NCBI RefSeq assembly: GCF_009914755.1 | Contig: NC_060938.1 | From: the human T2T-CHM13v2.0 reference genome, Homo sapiens | Direction: 5' to 3' (one strand) | Length of the DNA stretch: 64,000 nt | In this document: piece after piece, positions 19,370 through 36,806 of the stretch | How the letters are laid out: every line of letters starts with the position of its first letter | Position numbering within the stretch: position 1 is the stretch's first letter | Notes under the pieces: generated by a model | Seen by the model: only the letters and a program-made list of their open reading frames with translations | Told to the model about the DNA's origin: nothing | Databases searched by the model: none | Program-made: the position numbers and the translations under genes

Positions 19370-19855
19370 GATTAGCACCTTAAAACTTAGTGGTTTTAAA
19401 CAACAGCCATTAATTTAGCTCATGATTATATGGGGCAGTAATTATTTGTGCTGGACTAACGGGTTGACCTAACTGACCTGGACCAGGGTTAGCTGATCTT
19501 GGTTGGGCTCACTCATGCATTTTGCTGTCAGCTGCCAGGTGTCTGGGGGCTGCCTAGTCTAAGATGACTCAGCAGGGACTGCTTATCTCTGTTCATCTGG
19601 TCTCTCCAAGAAGCCTAGCCCAAGCATATTCGCATAGCCTGTTTCCAAGTGCTCAAAGCCTCCAGAGGACCAAGCAACAACTGCACATCATCTCTGCTCC
19701 ATTATATTGGCCAAAGCGAGTCATTAGGCTGGCCCAGATTCAAGGATAGAGAAATAGACTCCATTTCTTAGTGACAGGAGCTGCAAAGCTATACTGCAAA
19801 GGTGTGGCTACAGGGAGGGATGGGGAATTATGACTCTTTGCAATCTACCATACCA
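19370..19855 (-). mobile_element. Old MLT1-family LTR
   Basis: aaaacttagtggttttaaacaac; ctggcccagattcaagga...gaaatagactcca; caatctaccata. Confidence 0.6.
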
Positions 19856-22201
19856 TGAACTGGAAGGCCAATGACTTATGGCATGATATGGAATACAAAG
19901 GCGGGCTAAGACAATAAGATTCTTATTCTTAGGAATCTGAAGAATGCAGAAACACAAGGAGATGGAGCAATTTTTAAGAGCTGAAGCTAAAAGCAGTCAG
20001 GCAGGACAATGTCAGTGAGCTCTATGCCAGACAGAACTATAAAGAAATTAAAGATCTGAATAAGCAAGGGAAATTGGCAGAGAAAGAATGGCTCAGACAC
20101 AGAACCAATTCAGAGATGCTATGGGAGAGACCCTGAAAAAGATGGAGAAAGAAGCTGGAAATTTGAGCTGTTTTAGTTCCTCTTCACCAATACATACTTC
20201 CTATAATTGATCCCAGTTTCTTTCAGGCTGAATTCTTCACAACCAAAAGTCTAACAAAATCAGTATGTGATAAGTATACATGAAATCTTTTCTTTTTCTT
20301 TTTCATTCTTTCTAAATAGAACTATCTCACCCAACCATCCACACACACACAAAAAAAAGGAAAAAAAGCTGCTTCTTTGAATGCACAGATAAATTTTATG
20401 ACAAGGAGAAGCAGAAGTTTGATAGCACAAGCTTCCAAACAGCACAGTACAGTAAATAGATACAAGTGACAAAATAAGATTAATTTCCATGAAAGAAAAT
20501 ATTCAATTTTCACACTGGAAAAGGTCGATGTTCATACATAGGTGTGCCAGAGATACCCCTTTTAAGTCCATCTTGCATTTCTCCAATGTTTTCCATTTGA
20601 GAATCACTGATACAAAGAAACATGGGTTTCATTACAAGATCTAAACACTGCAATCTGCATGAAGAAAATCATATTACAAGCTAAATATTATCCATTTGGA
20701 TTTGCAGCCAAGTTACAGTCCACTAAATCCTAAGTACTTTTTTTTCCCAACTAAAGCTATATTGCATTTCAACTCTCTTGTTAGAAACTGATGCTAGGAA
20801 TTGACAAGATAATAGGATGGAGAAAGTTTTCGGATCTCATTTACAGCAGATCGGAGAAGGGTCAGTTTCTCAGGTAATGAAGCATTGTCTGGTTGCCCCT
20901 AAATCACTCCATACTATTCCCAGTCCCCAGAGGCTTAGACAGCACCTGCATTATCACTGTCCTTCAGAGCTTTATTCTAATACCTCAAAAAAGAAAAGTT
21001 ATAATAAATGATCTGGGATTTCAGAGACACAAATGCCAAACTTCAGATTTGAGTTAAAAAATAATAATCTACAATCTTCCTTATAAGAGAGAGAAAGACA
21101 CTTAAAACTTACAGAAACAGCTTTTAATTTATATCTGACACTAGATCTTTTCGTCTGATTTGTTCTTTCTCAAACTAATGTGTCTTGAACGTGCCCCTTG
21201 ACAACTTGCTGCTAACAAAACGCAGAGGAAAATAAAGGTTCACTACCTCTGCCTCGCATTGCAATTTTATTCTCATGACTCCAAGCCTCAATCTATACAT
21301 ATTTTCCCTCTACTCTTACCTTATAAAATAGTACCTGACCCTGTGAGGGATGTGTTTGGCTTCCCTGAGAATGCAGGGAACAAAGATTAATAAAGGAGAA
21401 AAATAGTCCTTAATATTTACTTCAATTTTAGTATCAAATAGCTGTCTTTAGCCTCATGCTTAATTCAATTAATCCCACACAGAATCTCCTGACATTTTGA
21501 GGGACATAAGGCTTTTATAGAGTACCCAGGGTTTCTAGAATGACATTTGGTATACTATGATAGGCACCTAAATAAGGGACTCTCTTGTCAGGCTTACTAG
21601 CATTCACAAGTGTAAGGAGAAGCAGTATTTATCTGCAAACATCATTATACTCCAGAAAGAATGTTCTAGTAGAAGCCATTGTGAATTAGTCCAGAAACTT
21701 CAACTCAGCAAAAATTCACACAAGTTCAAAACTTTTTAACCAGCCCTTCCAGGCCTTTATATCATAAAATCATGATATAAAATCAGGAGCCAAACAAATA
21801 CCATACATACTACCATTGCGGATCATATTTTATATTCTATTAAATTCCTCATTGCATCAGCTTGATTTATTTGAGTCCTGGTCTATGAGCCTGTGCTAAT
21901 TTATAGTAATTAATTCACATTCATGTCCTCATTGATTCCAAAAACCTGTCTCCACTTCCTGATACTTTACTCTACACCAGTTTGCATGAACCTCTCTTCA
22001 GACAAGCATTCTTTTGGATTGCTGTACAGATTTGTGTGCATGACCAGAGGAAAGGAAAATAATTTCAAGACAGAACAAACACGATAAGGTCATTGAAAAG
22101 ACATATATATTCATACATACAGGTAAGGTCTCTTATACAAAGTATTTAGCACACAAGTGAGAATATTCACTCTCTCTTTCTTTCTTAAAAGAAAGACTTT
22201 A

Positions 22202-22506
<305 letters not shown>

Positions 22507-23181
22507 TCAGATTCAAATTTAACTCTTTAAATTTATTGCTATTTTACAACATAACAGAAATAGTGGCATTACTATTACCAGGACTATCCAGAGCCTGACC
22601 AGGAGGACCCAGCCTGGGGCAGAGAGGGCCTCTGGGACTAAAATAGGAAGGTCTGTGGGATATTCACTGTATATTTACAACATTCTTTCTACAATTATAT
22701 TAGAACCAAAAACACTGTCCAGAGGTTCTTCTGAGAAGAAAGCTATAATGAATGTATTCTTAAGATGGACAGTAACAACAAAAATGGTTCAATTGAGCGT
22801 TACTTTGTTTGGGTTTTGGTTTTGGCTTAATTTGGTTTGGGCAGCTTTAATTCTGTCCTTCTGCTTCAAATAATATACAAGCCACACTATGAATTAGCTT
22901 CCAATTTTCCCGCAATCTTATCTATGTTTTCTTCTTTTTTTTTATTTTTTTTATTTTTAATGTTTTTTTTTTTGTTATTATACTCTAAGTTTTAGGGTAC
23001 ATGTGCACATTGTGCAGGTTAGTTACATATGTATACATGTGCCATGCTGGTGCGCTGCACCCACTAACGTGTCATCTAGCATTAGGTATATCTCCCAATG
23101 CTATCCCTCCCCCCTCCCCCGACCCCACCACAGTCCCCAGAGTGTGATATTCCCCTTCCTGTGTCCATGTGATCTCATTGT

Positions 23182-27033
<3,852 letters not shown>

Positions 27034-27072
27034 TCATTAGTTGATGCAGTTTCTTCCTAGTCTCGATGGTCT

Positions 27073-28089
27073 TTACATTTTGGCATGATTTTGCAGCGGC
27101 TGGTACCGGTTGTTCCTTTCCATGTTTAGTGCTTCCTTCAGGAGCTCTTTTAGGGCAGGCCTGGTGGTGACAAAATCTCTCAGCATTTGCTTGTCTATAA
27201 AGTAGTTTATTTCTCCTTCACTTATGAAGCTTAGTTTGGCTGGATATGAAATTCTGGGTTGAAAATTCTTTTCTTTAAGAATGTTGAATATTGGCCCCCA
27301 CTCGCTTCTGGCTTGTAGAGTTTCTGCCGAGAGATCCGCTGTTAGTCTGATGGGCTTTCCTTTGAGGGTAACCCGACCTTTCTCTCTGGCTGCCCTTAAC
27401 ATTTTTTCCTTCATTTCAACTTTGGTGAATCTGACAATTATGTGTCTTGGAGTTGCTCTTCTCGAGGAGTATCTTTGTGGCGTTCTCTGTATTTCCTGAA
27501 TCTGAACGTTGGCCTGCCTTGCTAGATTGGGGAAGTTCTCCTGGATAATATCCTGCAGAGTGTTTTCCAACTTGGTTCCATTCTCCACATCACTTTCAGG
27601 TACACCAATCAGACGTAGATTTGGTCTTTTCACATAGTCCCATATTTCTTGGAGGCTTTGCTCATTTCTTTTTATTCTTTTTTCTCTAAACTTCCCTTCT
27701 CGCTTCATTTCATTCATTTCATCTTCCATTGCTGATACCCTTTCTTCCAGTTGATCGCATCGGCTCCTGAGGCTTCTGCATTCTTCACGTAGTTCTCGAG
27801 CCTTGGTTTTCAGCTCCATCAGCTCCTTTAAGCACTTCTCTGTATTGGTTATTCTAGTTATACATTCTTCTAAATTTTTTTCAAAGTTTTCAACTTCTTT
27901 GCCTTTGGTTTGAATGTCCTCCCGTAGCTCAGAGTAATTTGATCCTCTGAAGCCTTCTTCTCTCAGCTCGTCAAAATCATTCTCCATCCAGCTTTGTTCC
28001 ATTGCTGGTGAGGAACTGCGTTCCTTTGGAGGAGGAGAGGCGCTCTGCGTTTTAGAGTTTCCAGTTTTTCTGTTCTGTTTTTTCCCCAT
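27073..28089 (-). CDS. ORF1: L1HS ORF1p (338 aa RNA-binding chaperone), open, with R262S
   Basis: MGKKQNRKTGNSK...LQNHAKM full length; codon 262 (27306-27304) = AGC. Confidence 0.95.
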   Translation of the reverse strand: MGKKQNRKTGNSKTQSASPPPKERSSSPAMEQSWMENDFDELREEGFRGSNYSELREDIQTKGKEVENFEKNLEECITRITNTEKCLKELMELKTKARELREECRSLRSRCDQLEERVSAMEDEMNEMKREGKFREKRIKRNEQSLQEIWDYVKRPNLRLIGVPESDVENGTKLENTLQDIIQENFPNLARQANVQIQEIQRTPQRYSSRRATPRHIIVRFTKVEMKEKMLRAAREKGRVTLKGKPIRLTADLSAETLQARSEWGPIFNILKEKNFQPRISYPAKLSFISEGEINYFIDKQMLRDFVTTRPALKELLKEALNMERNNRYQPLQNHAKM

Positions 28090-29314
<1,225 letters not shown>

Positions 29315-29524
29315 TTTTCATTTACTTCTACTTACCTATCCTCTTCGGTAAATTCTTAAAATCTATTATGATTATAAATATACCTTACATTAATGTTTCA
29401 TTTAGTATACAAGAACTCACATATCATATTAATTTAAGTCTTATAATAACTCCATGCAATATATATTACTGTTACTACTCTAAAAATAAAGAAAAAAGGA
29501 TTAAAATAACTGATTTATTTTTAG

Positions 29525-29805
29525 TCCTAGTAACAGCTAACATTTATTGAGTACTTGTAATGAGCAAGGCCTTGTGCTAGGTGCTATATCAGCACTGTTT
29601 TTTAATTCTCTCAATGACCCAGTGAGGTAGATATTATTAACCTTCCTTATGCTACAGATGAGAAAACATAATTTCTAGCAAGCTTAAGTAACTTGCCCAC
29701 CATCACATAGCTAGTAACTGGCATAGCCAAGATTTTCCTGAGGTTACATAACCACCAAACAGCAGGCCCAGCACTAGAACCTAGGTTTTCTGATTCTGAA
29801 TCTGG
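29525..29805 (-). mobile_element. MIR element
   Basis: taacagctaacatttattgagtac...gtgaggtagatattattaacc...cagatgagaaaac...aagtaacttgccca. Confidence 0.7.
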
Positions 29806-29902
29806 GGCAAACCTATTACTGTTCTTTTCTTTCCACTTCATGCTCTGTATTATGGGCAAACCTATTACTGTTCTTTTCTTTCCACTTCATGCTCTGTATT
29901 AT
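29805..29902 (+). repeat. Perfect 49-bp tandem duplication
   Basis: gggcaaacctattactgttcttttctttccacttcatgctctgtattat x2. Confidence 0.97.
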
Positions 29903-31120
29903 GGCAAAACACATTTGGTTGCCTTCTTTGGTTCAAACATTCTAAATAAAAAGTGTTGGAAGGCATCCTAATAAACGGAAGTATTTTCTCTAGCAGTTAT
30001 GCTTCACACACAAGGAAGAGCAGAAAGAGTTAAAAGACATCACTGAACTGATTTACCCTGTAATTTATCTGGTGCTATAAAAATGAACGACTTCTTTAGT
30101 TTCCTGACGGCTTTGCTGTCTTAAAGGTGAAATGCCCTCCGGGTTCATAAATAGGTTTTGTTCTTTTGGAGTGCTCAATGTTCCAAAGTGTTTTTTATCT
30201 TTAAAATATTAAGTAAACACTGCATAGCACTTAAATGGGCTCTGGGGATATTTCTGGTTTGATTCTGGCCCTTCAGCAAAGCTACTCAAGTAGAGATCTG
30301 GAGAACTAATCAAAAGAAAACTAAATTCACAGCAGTCTCTAAATATTTTATAGCATCACGTTTCAGTGTTTCACCTGCCTGCCCCCTCTGCTGATTTGTG
30401 AGAAGCTGCCCTGTGACCGTGGACTGTGCTGCCTTCATGGATGCTGTGTCCACAGAAGTCAGACCCAGCAGCTAGAGACTGGCTGAAGAGAGGAAGATGT
30501 CAGCACCTGCCTGCTGCAGCCTCCTTTTTCTTTTCTGACTTCCCCTCTGTAGGAAAGCACATTAGGAGCTGCTTGAGATGAAAAATAATTTGCCAGGTTT
30601 TCGTCATTCCTCTGGCAGCAGTGCCTACAAGGAGCACTTAACATTGCACAGAGAAAATGGTTCCCGGCCATTGACTTCCTCCCCGGAAGCAGCCAACCAT
30701 TTCACAAATGGGGACCTGGAGAGTAGCAGGGATATTCTGGCTCAAACCCTCCCCTGCTGCTGAGAAGAACAAAAACAGCCACTAAACACTTAGTTTGCCA
30801 ACGGGATGTGTCAGTAGCATCACCATCTATACACAAAGGCCTTTTAATAGCAATTCTAGACGAAACTCCAACACATTTCCCACCTGTATGAACTCTCGAA
30901 GTTCCAAGAGCAACATCAGTCAGGGGATTTATTTTTAAGGCATGTCCTACACTCGATAAAAGAAAAAAAAAACTGGAAACCTTTTTCCAGACTAGCAAGC
31001 AGTCATGCCTGTGTGCACACACACACACCTAAAGACAGACATTGTGATTTTTTTTCTGGGCCCCAGCTATACTTGCCATCAATTTAAGCCACTAAAGTGG
31101 GTTCTTACCGTGGCTTAGAG

Positions 31121-31648
31121 CAGCAGTCCCCAACCTTTTTGGCACCAGGGACTGGTTTCATGGAAGGCAATTTTTCCATGGACTAGGGGTTGGGGGAAGG
31201 TTTTGGGATGATTCAAGCACATTACATTTATTGTGTACTTTATTTCTATTATTATTATATTGTAATATATAATTAAATAATTATAAAACTCATCATAATG
31301 TATAATCAGTGGGAGCCCAGAGCTAATTTTCATGCAACCAGACGGTCCCATCTGGGGGTGATGGGAGGCAGTGACAAATGATCAGGCACTAGATTCTCAT
31401 AAGGAGCACGCAACCTAGATCCCTCACATGCAAGGTTCACAATAGGGTTCACGTTCCTGTGAGCATCTAATGCTGCCACTTATCTGACAGGAGGTGGAGC
31501 TCAGGCAGTAATACAAGTGATGGGGAGCAGCTGTAAATACAGATGAAGCTTCGTTTGCTTGCCCGCCACTCACCTCCTGCTGTGCGGCCAGGTTCGTAAC
31601 AGGCCACTGACCAGTATCAGTCTGTGGCCCAGAGGCTGGGTACCCCTG
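31121..31648 (-). mobile_element. MER1A hAT-Charlie MITE
   Basis: Termini cagcagtccccaacc / gggtacccctg, 528 bp; 8-bp TSD gcttagag / gtttacag. Confidence 0.85.
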
Positions 31649-32247
31649 GTTTACAGAATGTGAACTTCATTTCTCTGCCTGTTTCTCCAAAGACCTGAGC
31701 TACTGCAGCACAGATACAGGGGAAAAAAACACAGAGACCTCAAATGCACAGCATTTCTCCTTTTCTCCAAAATCCATATGTGCACTAAGAGGTTCCCATC
31801 TACTCTGGAAACATGAGACTTAAATCCATCTGACATGTGCAGTTGGTCCATACTACCTAGGATCTCTTGATGTCCAGACTCACAGGAAGGATGAGATGCC
31901 TCAGAAGCAAGGAACTCAAATGTGGCCCAGGATTGGAGTTCAGACATAAATGGCATGTGCAACATTAAAAAAAGGATAGAGGATAGCGGGCAGGCAGGGG
32001 TGAGGAGAAGAATGTGGTAAATTGCCTGGGAGCTATGCAGAGTCCCTGGGAAATAAATCATTCCAAGTGAAAAAGGTATCTAACATGATGAACCAGACTC
32101 AGCAACAGAGTCTACTGTTGAGGAAAGTAGCAACTGTGGGTACCTAGAAGTGGCTGTTTGACCCCGCCCCCACCCAGAAGAAAGGTGAGACTTTGCCGCA
32201 TGGAGTTGCAGCAGAGCATCACGGCCATCTACAGCAGGGTAGATGGT

Positions 32248-32307
32248 GTGGCACCCAGTAGAGCAGTGCCACCCAGTATGGCAGTGACACCCAATAGGGC
32301 AGTGACA
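32248..32307 (+). repeat. Degenerate 18-bp minisatellite, 3.3 units
   Basis: gtggcacccagtagagca / gtgccacccagtatggca / gtgacacccaatagggca / gtgaca. Confidence 0.8.
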
Positions 32308-32911
32308 GCAGCCACTTACCCATGAGCATGTGTGGACACCTCCTAGGAATGCACTGAGAAGCTAGAGTCTGAGGAAACTCCAGGGAGTAAAGTTGTCATC
32401 CTCCCTTGAGGTCTCTGTTTTGAGAGGTATCCAGCCAGAAAAATCATGGATCTACATATTAGTGGATCATATTTATATCTTCTGGATGCTTCAGGTTACT
32501 AAAGCACAATTATTCAATTTTCAGATATGTATTTTTAAGCAGCTATAAGCTACCCACTCTAGAGGTATACCAGGTGCTTAAATTCCCGGTATAAATTTTA
32601 TATGGGAGCCTATCTATATTTTTAGCTTTTCTGTGTTCTTATTGAATCTACAGCCATCATTTCAGACAGGTGGTGTCTGAATATCAATACATACAAATAA
32701 TATCTGAAGCCTAAGTTCGTATATGCCAAGGCATCTACACAAACGTCTCCACTTAGAGTAATGTGGAGATTTCTAATGTACAAAGTGGTCAACACTTCTG
32801 GAACCTGTATTTGAATTCTTTTACTTTTATCTTCAATGTTACCCTAATTTTCAGAAATAAAAGCAAATTATAAAGAACACATTGTTTTTGCTTTGAATAG
32901 AAAGTATATTT

Positions 32912-33213
32912 GGCCAGGCGCAGTGGTTCATGCCTGTAATCTTAACACTTTGGAAGGCCAAGGTGGGTGGATTGCCTGAGTTCAGGAGTTCGAGACCAGC
33001 CTGGGCAACATGGTGAAACCCCATCTCTACTAAAAATACAAAAAGTTAGCCAGGCATAGTGATGGGTGCCTATAATCCCAGCCACTCAGGAGGCTGAGGC
33101 ATGAGAATCACTTGAACCCGGGAGGCAGATGTTGCAGTGAGCCAAGATCATGCCACTGCACTCCAACCTGGGTGACAGAGCAAGGCTCTGTCTCAAAAAA
33201 ACAAAACAAAATA
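32912..33213 (+). mobile_element. AluS element
   Basis: Full dimer; TSD aaagtatattt at 32901-32911 and 33214-33224. Confidence 0.9.
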
Positions 33214-33379
33214 AAAGTATATTTGAGCTGACTTATTTCTTGACAAAGTCTTTTGAGATGTGATAGTGGAGAATTTTAATGTACCTTGCAGTCCAAATAT
33301 TTTATTGCTATACCTTTCAAAGGAATTATTTTTAAAGTAATTGAAAAAGATTTCAAACTTATGTGAAAAAGCAGCAGTC

Positions 33380-34570
33380 ATCCTATTTTTCTGGCCCTCT
33401 TTACAACAAAACTCCTTGAAAGAAGTGACTTCACTTTTTCTCCTCTCATTCTTTCCCGAATGCATTTCAATATGTTCTGTCTCTCACGCACTATGTTGAC
33501 AAATCCAATGTCAATTCTTAGTCTTTTTTTACTCAATCTATGAGCGACAGTTGACACCTATGTACGTTCCTTTTTTCTTAACTCTTAAATATATTTCTCT
33601 GGTATGGACCTCTTTTTTGAACTCCAGACTTATATATTCAACTGCCTATTTCACTTCTTCACTTGATAGCTATGTTATTTCAAACTTAACATAGAAAACC
33701 TAAGTCTTCATTTCTTCTTACCCTACCTGGTTCTTCCCCCTAATTCAATAAATGTCAACTCCATTCCTTCATAGGCAAAAAACCCTGGAGTAGCCCTTGA
33801 CTACCCTCTTTCACTCTCACTCCATGATCAAATTTGTCACAAATTCTGTAAGACTGACCTTCAAAATATATCCCAATTCTAAATACTTCCATCACTGCTA
33901 CCCTCATGTGAGTTTCCATAATGTCTCATCTGGATAATTGTAATGGTCTCCTAACTGGTCTTCCTGTTTCCACCCCCTTGTTCCCTATAGTCTTTCTGCA
34001 CACAGCAGTCCATCACAAGGTCTCTGTTAAAACACAATCAGATTATGTCTGCTCAAACACCTTGCTCTCTGTCACAGAGTGAAATCTGAATTTCCTACCC
34101 GGTCTACAAGACCTGACCTAATTTGGAGCTCACCATCTCTTTAATGTCATCTCCTATTACTCACTCCCTAGTTTCTTCCACACAGCAAGGCTGACCTACT
34201 TGCTCTTCCTTCAACACCTTAAACATGTTTCCATCTGAGAGCCTCTGCACTCACTGTCCCCACTGCCTGGAGTTATCCTCTCCCATCTTAATAGCTCATT
34301 CCTTCCCTTCCCTCTGGTCTCTGCTTATATATACCCTTACCAGAGAGGCCATTCCTGCTGGCCTGACTACTCTATATGAAGAGAACACTTCCCACTTACA
34401 CCTGTCACTCTTCTTCCTCTTTCCTGGTTTTGTTTCCCCTTCAGAGCATTAATGGTTACCTGACATAATCATTTGCCCCCTGCCACTAGAATATGAGCTC
34501 CATGAAAAGAGAGAGACATTATCTGCTTTGACCACTGGCACAACCTCCATCACCCAGAACATTATCTCAC
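33380..34570 (+). mobile_element. L2 fragment
   Basis: gaactccagacttatatattcaactgcct; ccttcaaaatatatccc; ggtctcctaactggtcttcctg; tagaatatgagctccatga. Confidence 0.7.
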
Positions 34571-36303
34571 ACATCTAATATGTTAGTTCTTCCAATTAGT
34601 ATTTTTTTATGTTTTAACATCTCTAAATTGGGGCTGCATCTTATAACATGCAACATTTTGTCTTTCTTAGTAGTCCATAAAACAGTGGTCTGTATCGTAA
34701 TTGACATCTTAGACACAATAAAATATGGTAGTTTGCATTCAAAACATATTTCACAAGACCAAATAAATCCCATTTTTTATATTTTCAGAAGAAGTATGGG
34801 GCTCCGGTTCTTTCGAGAGAGCCCAATCATGATCAACCAATACATTAATTACCCCAGCCAAGACCAAAGGAAACACCCAGTTCTTGCTACTAAATTATAA
34901 TGCAATATACAATTTAATCTACTGGTTTTGAATGTTTATCTGATTGATACTTAAATAGTGGCTGTAGAACAAAAAAACGTAGATTAAAAGTATCAAGAAA
35001 AGGACATTGTTAAATGAGACATCTTAGAGTAAGGAAAACATAATAAAGACAAGAGAATCATCAGAACTTATTTAAAAATCTAAGGTAATTACTGAAGCAG
35101 ACCTACATAACTCACTAGCCCCTTTGAGAAACTTTATATTAACATATAAAACAAAAATTATTCATAATGATAACCTGAGACCTAGTCATCAAAAAATGAA
35201 TAAAATATGTAGTATGCTTAGTTCAAAAGGCAGAAAAGTAGCACATTTGTGTTAGGTTTCCTTCAAAGAAATGGTTTAAATATACATAATTAATTTGGCT
35301 TTTAAAAGTAATAACATTTAATAATCTGGAACATCTACTTCTGTGGCACACATATGGCTCTTTTAATAACGTCATCCTCATCACAGTGGTTCTCTGAGAA
35401 GTTCTATTGGTATTCACAGTGCATTTGAACCAAATTTCATCAAAACCAAAGATGATCACATATAAGAAGAAGACCTGGGGAATCATAACATTATGATTTT
35501 TATAGGAATTCTAATCTTACTTCTTATTTTGATAGATGCTCTGAATTGAAATGTGTTGGAATATCACTGATCATTTTCTTGTGCTTACATATTTTATGCT
35601 TCCACAAATGAACTTACTTTTACCTAACTTGTATACTTCTTGCAAGACGATAAAAACAATTTCATAATTTTCCAATTATAATCTCTCTTTCTACTGTGTT
35701 GTTTTTACACACTTTTAAGTTCTGCATATCATCACAAATTTAGAAAACTTTATATCAAAATAAGGAAAATATGAAAATAAAGTCAACAGGCAAACCATGT
35801 GGTATAGGGGGATGGGGGTTGGGGGTTGTAGTGGGGGCAGAGTTAGAGTGTCTATTTCAGCTCCAAATAAGTGCAATCTGTTAATGTAGGCTTGTGTTGC
35901 TCATGTGAAGGCATTATCAATAAAGCAAATTTCCCACATCTCAATTATTAAAATGTTACCTTCTTTTAACTTCAGTTGCCCAGCTGTTACATAGGAATAG
36001 CAATTTTTTAAAAAGTAATTATGAGGACTAAATAATACCATAATTCTGGTGAAGAAATCTGAATAATGTCTGTTACATAGAAAGAATTTGATAATTATTA
36101 TTACCACGAATCAATTTATTGTTGTAATTATTAAGGAATTAGAAATTTAGGCTAAAACATCCTAATCAAGGATCAATCTAGGTAACAAATCTAGAATCAA
36201 CAGAATGTCCCTCTTTGGGCTGTTTCTATGAAGACTGTGGGTGTGAAAACAGGGTGAAACGTAACCCCTCACTTAAGAAATCCAGGAAATGAGAAGAAAA
36301 GAC

Positions 36304-36806
36304 TGTGGAGGATTGCTTGCATTAATTCTTCACCCTCTTCTTATATGCATGCCTTTGTCCTGCAACTTTGTAGTCCTCTCCCTCTCTGGGCACGGCACTC
36401 TATCCCACCCCTGGTTTCCTGGCTCAACCAAGTGACTTGCTTCAGCCACTGGGATGTCAGTAAGCCAAAAGCATAAAAAAACACTCACACAATTTCACTT
36501 GTTCTTTTACTTGTCTGTCTTTGCCACAAAAATAAGGTCAGACAAGCCTGCTGGGGAATGAGATGTGGAAGACAGTCAAGGGACCCCAATCGTCCCTGCT
36601 AAGGCCTTTCTACACTACGCAACCATGATCCAATACACAAATATGTGAAAGAGCCCAATCATGATCAATCAATACATTAATTACCCCAGCCAATACTAAA
36701 GGAAACACCCAGCTCTCCTGAAAACTCAAGAGCTAAATAAATTGTCTTTAGCCACTGAGTTTTGGATGGTTTTCACACAGCATTGTTGTGGCAATAGATA
36801 ACTGAT
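36304..36806 (+). mobile_element. Old MLT1-family LTR
   Basis: tgtgg start; aataaattg...agccactgagttttgg...cagcattgttgtggcaatagataactgata end. Confidence 0.7.

Noticed and set aside
20817-21011. Possible host exon (ORF with ag|gtaatg donor-like site)
   Set aside because: No recognisable protein, no convincing acceptor and no partner exons
32248-32307. CTCF-site array or CRISPR-like array
   Set aside because: Units are about 2 nt short of the CTCF core spacing; there are no unique spacers and the context is eukaryotic
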